This document shows positions 58,430 through 64,000 of a stretch of 64,000 nt of DNA, piece by piece; positions within the stretch are counted from its first letter, which is position 1; each line of letters starts with the position of its first letter. The stretch covers positions 2,108 to 66,107 of the forward strand of contig JBDNZS010000010.1 in NCBI GenBank assembly GCA_047722935.1, given 5' to 3'. Below the pieces are notes generated by a model that saw only the letters and a list, made by a program, of their open reading frames with translations, searched no databases and was not told the origin of the DNA. Position numbers and translations under genes: made by a program. This stretch comes from Ethanoligenens sp. (GTDB lineage Bacteria > Bacillota > Clostridia > Oscillospirales > Ethanoligenentaceae).

Positions 58430-60808
58430 TCAGATGCCAGCGTTTGCAAACAGCAGTTCCGCGTAGTGCACCGCACCCATGGCATCCTTGGCATAAAAAT
58501 CTGCGCCAATCTGGTCTGCGTATTCCGCATTGAGAACCGCGCCACCAACCATAATCTTGCATTTTGGCACATTTTGCCGCAGTTGGCGAATGGTCTCCGC
58601 CATGTTTTCCACCGTTGTGGTCATCAGCGCGCTAAGTCCCACCAGCTTGACACGTTCCTTCTGCGCAATTTCTACCACGTCGCTGGGCGGCACATTTTTC
58701 CCGAGATCTATGACTTCATAACTGTAATTCTGGAGCAGAATTTTCACGATGTTTTTTCCGATATCGTGAATATCCCCTTTGACTGTTGCCAAAATGACTT
58801 TGGCCTTTTGGGCTTTCTGTTCCCCCGCATCCATTTTCTCGCGGAGTACTTCAAATGCCGCACGCGCCGCTTCCGCACTCATTAACAATTGCGGCAAGAA
58901 CAAAGTTCCGATTTCAAAATCGTGCCCCACCCGGTCAAGTGCGGGGATTAGATTCTTTTCAATAATATCCAGCGGCCGTTCCTTTTCCGCCAGTCTCTTT
59001 GCCGCATCCGAAGCGCTGGTTTTCAATCCGGTCACGATGGCGTCGAATAAGGACACAGCTTCCCCATTGGTCGGAGGAGTGGGCTTTGACTGCTGCCCGC
59101 CATACGCCGCAATATAATCCATGCATTGCTTGTCCTTACCTGACAAGGCGCGGTATGCACGGTACACATCCATCATGCCCTGCGATTTTGGGTTGATGAT
59201 CGCGGCATCCAATCCGCGCTGCAAAGCCATAGTGAAAAAGGCGGCATTCAGTTTTTCACGTTCCGGCAAACCAAACGCGACATTTGAAACTCCCAAGGAG
59301 GTGCGAAGCCCCAACTCCTGCCGGATGCGTTCCAACGCCTCCAGCGTAACGGCGGCATTTTCCTGACCGGCGCTGATCGTCATGACCAACGTATCAACCA
59401 GCAGGTTCTCCGGGCCAATACCGTAAGATGCAGCGGTCTCCATAATTTTGCGGGCAACAGCCACACGCCCCTCGGCTGTGGGTGGGATTCCATTCTCGTC
59501 CAAGGTAAGTGCAACCACCACACCGCCATATTTTTTGACAAGCGGAAAAATGGAATGCATCGATTCCTCTTTGCCGTTGACTGAATTGATGAGCGCTTTT
59601 CCACTGTACAGCCGCAGCGCTTTCTCCATTGCTTCCGGGGAAGAGGTATCAATCTGCAAAGGAATATCCACTACGCCCTGTAAAGCCGACACCACTTGCT
59701 CCATCATGGCTGGTTCATCCAGCTCAGGCAGACCTACATTGACATCAAGCACGTGCGCGCCAAGCTGCATCTGCTCGATGCCTTGCTGCAGGATATAATC
59801 GATATCGCCATCCCGCAAGGCCTGTTTCAATCGCGATTTACCGGTGGGATTGATGCGCTCACCGATCAACACCGGCGCAGTCTCTCCGAACACAACTGCT
59901 TTGGCATACGACGAGATCACCGTGCGTTTTTTATTGACCAGCGGCACAGGTGTGATGTCCTTGCAGGCCTGCACCTCGGCGGCGGTATAATCCGGTGTGG
60001 TACCGCAGCAGCCGCCGATGATCCATGCCCCGCCAAGAGCAATCTCCCGCATCTCCGCGGCGAATTCTTCCGGCTTGATTGTGTAAATGGTTTGACCATT
60101 CCTCGTTTGTGGCAGCCCGGCGTTCGGGTTAATGATGACCGGCACCGATGCACATTCCAGTACGGCTGGCAAAAGGCGGCGCATCAAATCCGGTCCGAAC
60201 CCGCAATTAAGGCCGAGCGCGTCCACGCCCAAGCCTTCCAGTAACGCCACCGCTGCGGGAATGTCTCCGCCTGTCAGCAGTTTCCCCTTGTCATCTGAAA
60301 CCAGCGTGGCAAACACCGGCAGATTTGTCCGCTCTTTCGCAGCCAATACAGCGGCTTTGCACTCATACGTATCGGTCATTGTTTCAATTAAGATGAGGTC
60401 GGCGCCCGCCTTTTCACCGATAGCCGCCGCTTCACCGAAAATTTTCACCGCCAGTTCAAACGGCAGATCACCCAAAGGCTCCATCAGTTTCCCGGTAGGA
60501 CCGATGTCCATTGCCACCAGGCCGCCTTCCCCCGCCGCCTCTTTTGCCACCCGAACGCCTTCGGTGATGACCTGTTCCAAAACACCGATTTCCTGATATT
60601 TGAATCGGTTGGCGCCAAATGTGTTGGTCTTGATGATTTCTGCACCCGCGGCACGGTATGCGCTATGGATCTTAAATATGATATCCCGGTGCGTCAAATT
60701 CCATAGCTCGGGCTGCTCCCCTGGCGCAAGTCCGTTCGCTTGCAGCATCGTACCCATCCCGCCATCGAAAAAGACAATCCGTTTTCCTATATCCTCTAAA
60801 ACACGCAT
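58430..60808 (-). CDS. metH: Methionine synthase core (Hcy-binding, pterin-binding and B12-binding domains; no activation domain)
   Basis: 792 aa with the Hcy domain FFDGGMGT..GGCCGT and the B12 motif GDIHDIGKNIV. Confidence 0.95.
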   Translation of the reverse strand: MRVLEDIGKRIVFFDGGMGTMLQANGLAPGEQPELWNLTHRDIIFKIHSAYRAAGAEIIKTNTFGANRFKYQEIGVLEQVITEGVRVAKEAAGEGGLVAMDIGPTGKLMEPLGDLPFELAVKIFGEAAAIGEKAGADLILIETMTDTYECKAAVLAAKERTNLPVFATLVSDDKGKLLTGGDIPAAVALLEGLGVDALGLNCGFGPDLMRRLLPAVLECASVPVIINPNAGLPQTRNGQTIYTIKPEEFAAEMREIALGGAWIIGGCCGTTPDYTAAEVQACKDITPVPLVNKKRTVISSYAKAVVFGETAPVLIGERINPTGKSRLKQALRDGDIDYILQQGIEQMQLGAHVLDVNVGLPELDEPAMMEQVVSALQGVVDIPLQIDTSSPEAMEKALRLYSGKALINSVNGKEESMHSIFPLVKKYGGVVVALTLDENGIPPTAEGRVAVARKIMETAASYGIGPENLLVDTLVMTISAGQENAAVTLEALERIRQELGLRTSLGVSNVAFGLPEREKLNAAFFTMALQRGLDAAIINPKSQGMMDVYRAYRALSGKDKQCMDYIAAYGGQQSKPTPPTNGEAVSLFDAIVTGLKTSASDAAKRLAEKERPLDIIEKNLIPALDRVGHDFEIGTLFLPQLLMSAEAARAAFEVLREKMDAGEQKAQKAKVILATVKGDIHDIGKNIVKILLQNYSYEVIDLGKNVPPSDVVEIAQKERVKLVGLSALMTTTVENMAETIRQLRQNVPKCKIMVGGAVLNAEYADQIGADFYAKDAMGAVHYAELLFANAGI

Positions 60809-60813
60809 CGTTT

Positions 60814-61461
60814 TTATTCCTTTCTGAATGCGCAGTCTTGCTTCTCACAAGACACACATTTTTCGGTATTGCAGCTCTGCTGTTCCGATGTCAGCCCAAT
60901 TACAGCCGTGACTGATTTAGACGGGGCAAGAATATAGTTTTCCGTCATGGTCAATCCTATCCGTTTGGGACAGGACAGCTGTTCCATAAAATCGCGCTGA
61001 TGCCGGATGTCAAAGTCACCATACCCCGGGCTGAACCGCGGACGCAGGAACAGACCCCTTCGTGCGGCCTGTCCCCGAATGGATGCCTCACACTCATCGC
61101 AATAGCACTCGACTAATTCCGCCGCACACGCCTGCAAGATTACCATCATGGAGACATCCGTTTTGGCATACCGGCGAAGCAGTGTATCGGGTCCGGAGCC
61201 CAGTGTTGCCGCAAATAAAACAGCCTCTGTGCAGCCGCGCAAGTGATGTCGCAGATGGCGGCTCTTCACCTGCATGGTTCCGATCTCAACAGTATCATCC
61301 ATCCCGAAGTGCAATGGAAATGAGGCGCTGACCGTGCGGGGCGTGGCGCTCGCCAGCAGCAACGCAGTGCACTGCTGTATTCTGTCCAAAACACCTGCAT
61401 CTGCCGGGTGGCCGTGATACCCCAGATACCGCAGCACTTCTCTTTCCCTAATCTGTAACAT
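60814..61461 (-). CDS. Stand-alone B12-dependent methionine synthase activation-domain protein
   Basis: 215 aa starting EREVLRYLGY..., with a C-terminal Cys-rich tail. It lies between metF and metH. Confidence 0.8.
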   Translation of the reverse strand: MLQIREREVLRYLGYHGHPADAGVLDRIQQCTALLLASATPRTVSASFPLHFGMDDTVEIGTMQVKSRHLRHHLRGCTEAVLFAATLGSGPDTLLRRYAKTDVSMMVILQACAAELVECYCDECEASIRGQAARRGLFLRPRFSPGYGDFDIRHQRDFMEQLSCPKRIGLTMTENYILAPSKSVTAVIGLTSEQQSCNTEKCVSCEKQDCAFRKE

Positions 61462-62321
61462 TATTTAATGATCTCCGAAATATTCTCATAAATTTTTGCA
61501 GCTACTTCTGGCTGGTTCATCGTGTAGATATGAATAGCACGCACGCCGTTGGATATCAAATCAATGATTTGTTCGGTGGCGTAAGCAATCCCCGCCTGAC
61601 GCATAGATGCAGAATCATCTGTAAACCGATCCGCCATATTGAGAAATCGGGGCGGCAGGGATGCACCGGAAAGTTGACAGATGCGCGCAATTTGTTTGGC
61701 ATTGGTTACGGGCATGATACCGGCGATAACCGGCACACGAATATCCTGCGCCAATATTCGAAACAGAAAGTTATAGAATATGTTATTGTCAAAAAACATC
61801 TGCGTAGTCAAAAAGTCGCAGCCACATTCCACTTTTTCTTTCAGGTGAAGGATATCTTCCCGCCTATTCGCAGATTCGATATGCCCCTCCGGGTAACAGG
61901 CGGCACCTATGCAGAAATCGCCTTGTGCGCGGATCTCACTAACCAGTTCGCTTGCATACCGGTACTGTTGAACGGGAGGAGTCCCATCTTGCGGCACATC
62001 ACCGCGCAAAGCAAGCACATTTTCTATTTTATTTTCACGCAATTCTGTGAGTGTTTCAGCCATCGCTTCTTTTGTAGACGCGACACATGTCAAGTGTGCC
62101 AATGCAGGCACACCATATTTTTGCACGATACCGGCAAGATGTACCGTATTTGCCCTGGTCCCGCCGCCCGCACCATACGTCACGCTGATGAAATCCGGGT
62201 GAGCAACCGCAAGTTTCCGCACAACTTCCTCAGCCTGTTGTAGTTTCCCAGTCTGCTTGGGAGGAAAAATCTCACAGGAAACACTAATCCTATCCCGCTT
62301 TAACAATGTACTGATTTTCAT
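61461..62321 (-). CDS. metF: Methylenetetrahydrofolate reductase
   Basis: 286 aa containing SCEIFPPK and VTYGAGGGTR. There is a 1-nt overlap with the downstream gene. Confidence 0.92.
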   Translation of the reverse strand: MKISTLLKRDRISVSCEIFPPKQTGKLQQAEEVVRKLAVAHPDFISVTYGAGGGTRANTVHLAGIVQKYGVPALAHLTCVASTKEAMAETLTELRENKIENVLALRGDVPQDGTPPVQQYRYASELVSEIRAQGDFCIGAACYPEGHIESANRREDILHLKEKVECGCDFLTTQMFFDNNIFYNFLFRILAQDIRVPVIAGIMPVTNAKQIARICQLSGASLPPRFLNMADRFTDDSASMRQAGIAYATEQIIDLISNGVRAIHIYTMNQPEVAAKIYENISEIIK

Positions 62322-62685
62322 GTCAACCGTCCTTTTAGAAAAGACTCTATTGTGCGCATCTTTTCCAATATAATCGATACACTTATTGTATCACAATCAA
62401 GCTGCTACGCGATAACGCCTATTATTTATGATCTGCTATAGCTTAAATCAATAGAATCTATGTCACCATCTATTTCTCTTATAAGTAACAAAATAAATGC
62501 ATACAATTTATTTTAACACAAAACAATAGAAATGTGCGCCCCAAATCCCAAAAGCAGAAAACGCAGCCCACTCTTTTGTGCCAATGGTATGTGTACAGGC
62601 AGCAGTTGCATATGCTTCAAGCATACAAAGAGTTCATTTAAGTACGCAAAATAATATTAGAACTGGTTATGAGAGAAAAGAGTGA

Positions 62686-63507
62686 ATGGTTTTGAAAGTC
62701 TGGATACTAAAAAAAAATACGCTGATTTTCACCGTTGTCATCGCAGCTCTTTGCGTAGCACTGGCTGTTTTCGTCATTCAATTGATCCCATGCGCGGTCG
62801 CGACAGCAACATCTAAAAAAGAGCTTCCCATTTATTGTGTAGACCGGACAGAAAAAATCGCAAGTTTGAGTTTCGATGCTGCTTGGGGTGCAGAAGATAC
62901 CCCCACACTGATTCGTATCTTGAATGAGCATCATGTCCATGCCACTTTTTTTGTTGTCGGCCAATGGGTGGATAAATATCCAGCTGAAGTCAAGGCATTA
63001 TCCGATGCAGGCAATGAAGTCATGAACCACTCGGACACCCACCCGCACATGCCACAACTTTCCCCTGCGCAAATGCAGAGCCAAATTGACCAATGCGATC
63101 AAAAGATCGAGAAAATCACGGGTAAAAAACCGACTTTGTTCCGCCCTCCTTACGGTGATTACAGCAATGCCGTCATTGAGACTTTGCGGGGAATGAATCA
63201 CGATATTATACAGTGGGATGTTGATAGCTTAGATTGGAAAGGAATACCTGCAAGCGCAATCCAACAACGTGTATTGACAAAGGTTCGTCCGGGTTCCATT
63301 ATCCTATTCCATAATGCGGCGCTGCACACGCCTGAAGCACTGCCCGGTATCCTCGACAGCTTGCAGAAAGACGGCTATCAACTGGTGCCAATATCCCAGC
63401 TGATTTATCATGGAAACTACACAATCGACACGCAGGGCAGACAACATGCAAGTACTACATCTTCTGAAAATAGTCAATCGACAATCTTGTCCAGCAGTCC
63501 CTCTTAA
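62686..63507 (+). CDS. Polysaccharide deacetylase family protein (NodB domain, membrane-anchored)
   Basis: N-terminal TM helix and NodB motifs SFDAAWG and NHSDTHPHM, with LFRPPYG. Confidence 0.88.
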   Translation: MVLKVWILKKNTLIFTVVIAALCVALAVFVIQLIPCAVATATSKKELPIYCVDRTEKIASLSFDAAWGAEDTPTLIRILNEHHVHATFFVVGQWVDKYPAEVKALSDAGNEVMNHSDTHPHMPQLSPAQMQSQIDQCDQKIEKITGKKPTLFRPPYGDYSNAVIETLRGMNHDIIQWDVDSLDWKGIPASAIQQRVLTKVRPGSIILFHNAALHTPEALPGILDSLQKDGYQLVPISQLIYHGNYTIDTQGRQHASTTSSENSQSTILSSSPS

Positions 63508-63658
63508 AGTCCATAATGAGGAATCCTACAATTACCGTCAATAAATTTGCCTTTGCTCCCGACAAAAACAATTTAATTCTACACAACTTCTTCAATTTAT
63601 GATACTATTATATGCGAACTTCGTTTTGCCATATGGGCACATGGATAGAGGAACGCTT

Positions 63659-64000
63659 ATGATAGTACAATCCATCAAGCATCTGGATGCTTTAAAAATA
63701 CAAGATGACACGACTGGCACCGTCTATTACGGCTGCAATCAGGAATGGTATGGAACAAAGTGGCAAAGACGCTCGGGGTGTGGGCCGACCACCTCTACGA
63801 CCATCTTGCAATATCTTTATGCCACACGTAAAAACATGGTGCCAGCATTGCAGACCAAAAAACTCTGCCTACAATGCATGGAAGACGTATGGCAGTATGT
63901 CACACCGGGACCGCAGGGGATTTCCTCCACACAAAAATTGTGCAAAGGATTGGATGCTTACGCCGCCGCAAAATCCATCCGATTCCAAACTGATGTTTTG
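63659..64000 (+). CDS. Hypothetical protein, 3' end outside window (possible papain/C39-like cysteine peptidase fold)
   Basis: I translated this by hand from the ATG at 63659 (GAGGAAC RBS upstream). The frame is open to the window edge and contains YYGCNQEWYGTKWQRRSGCGPTTSTTILQY. It is not in the ORF track because no stop is reached. Confidence 0.45.
   Translation, partial: MIVQSIKHLDALKIQDDTTGTVYYGCNQEWYGTKWQRRSGCGPTTSTTILQYLYATRKNMVPALQTKKLCLQCMEDVWQYVTPGPQGISSTQKLCKGLDAYAAAKSIRFQTDVL

Noticed and set aside
1-64000. rRNA genes, tRNA genes, CRISPR arrays or intact insertion sequences anywhere in the window.
   Set aside because: No tandem direct-repeat arrays, tRNA-like cloverleaf regions or rRNA-like non-coding stretches were seen. 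All sizeable gaps are accounted for by promoters, leaders and terminators. The only transposase sequence is the degraded fragment at 19362-19662.

Overview
This window looks like a core-chromosome segment of a spore-forming Firmicute. My guess is class Clostridia, Oscillospiraceae/Ruminococcaceae-like and moderately GC-rich; that is read by eye from protein similarities, not computed. About 60 protein-coding genes are tightly packed in recognisable housekeeping operons. These include ruvCAB, glmM, ecfA1-ecfA2-ecfT-truA, a clpC-like gene, guaA, rodA, fhs, tsaE-tsaB-rpiB-upp, spoIVA with a SipL-like gene, hcp, purL and metF-metH, plus several ABC transporters. I saw no rRNA, tRNA or CRISPR array. 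The only mobile-DNA trace is a roughly 0.9 kb scar between clpC and guaA: an IS256-type transposase fragment, a 49-bp perfect palindrome and a frameshifted XRE gene. The most system-like feature is a Crp/Fnr (HcpR-like) regulator transcribed divergently from hcp. It appears co-transcribed with an experimentally uncharacterised radical-SAM plus TIGR03915-type 'DNA metabolism' gene pair. Lesser oddities are listed here.
- A GATase1-like protein lacks its nucleophile Cys and sits behind a consensus promoter and a leader hairpin.
- A metal-type ABC operon has no binding protein and is fused to an M14 peptidase and a lipase-like gene.
- A ClpC-like ATPase has a Zn-ribbon N-terminus.
- An HPr-like protein has no His15.
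All calls rest on the supplied ORF translations, motifs visible in them, and hairpins or promoter hexamers read by eye. No database search was run.
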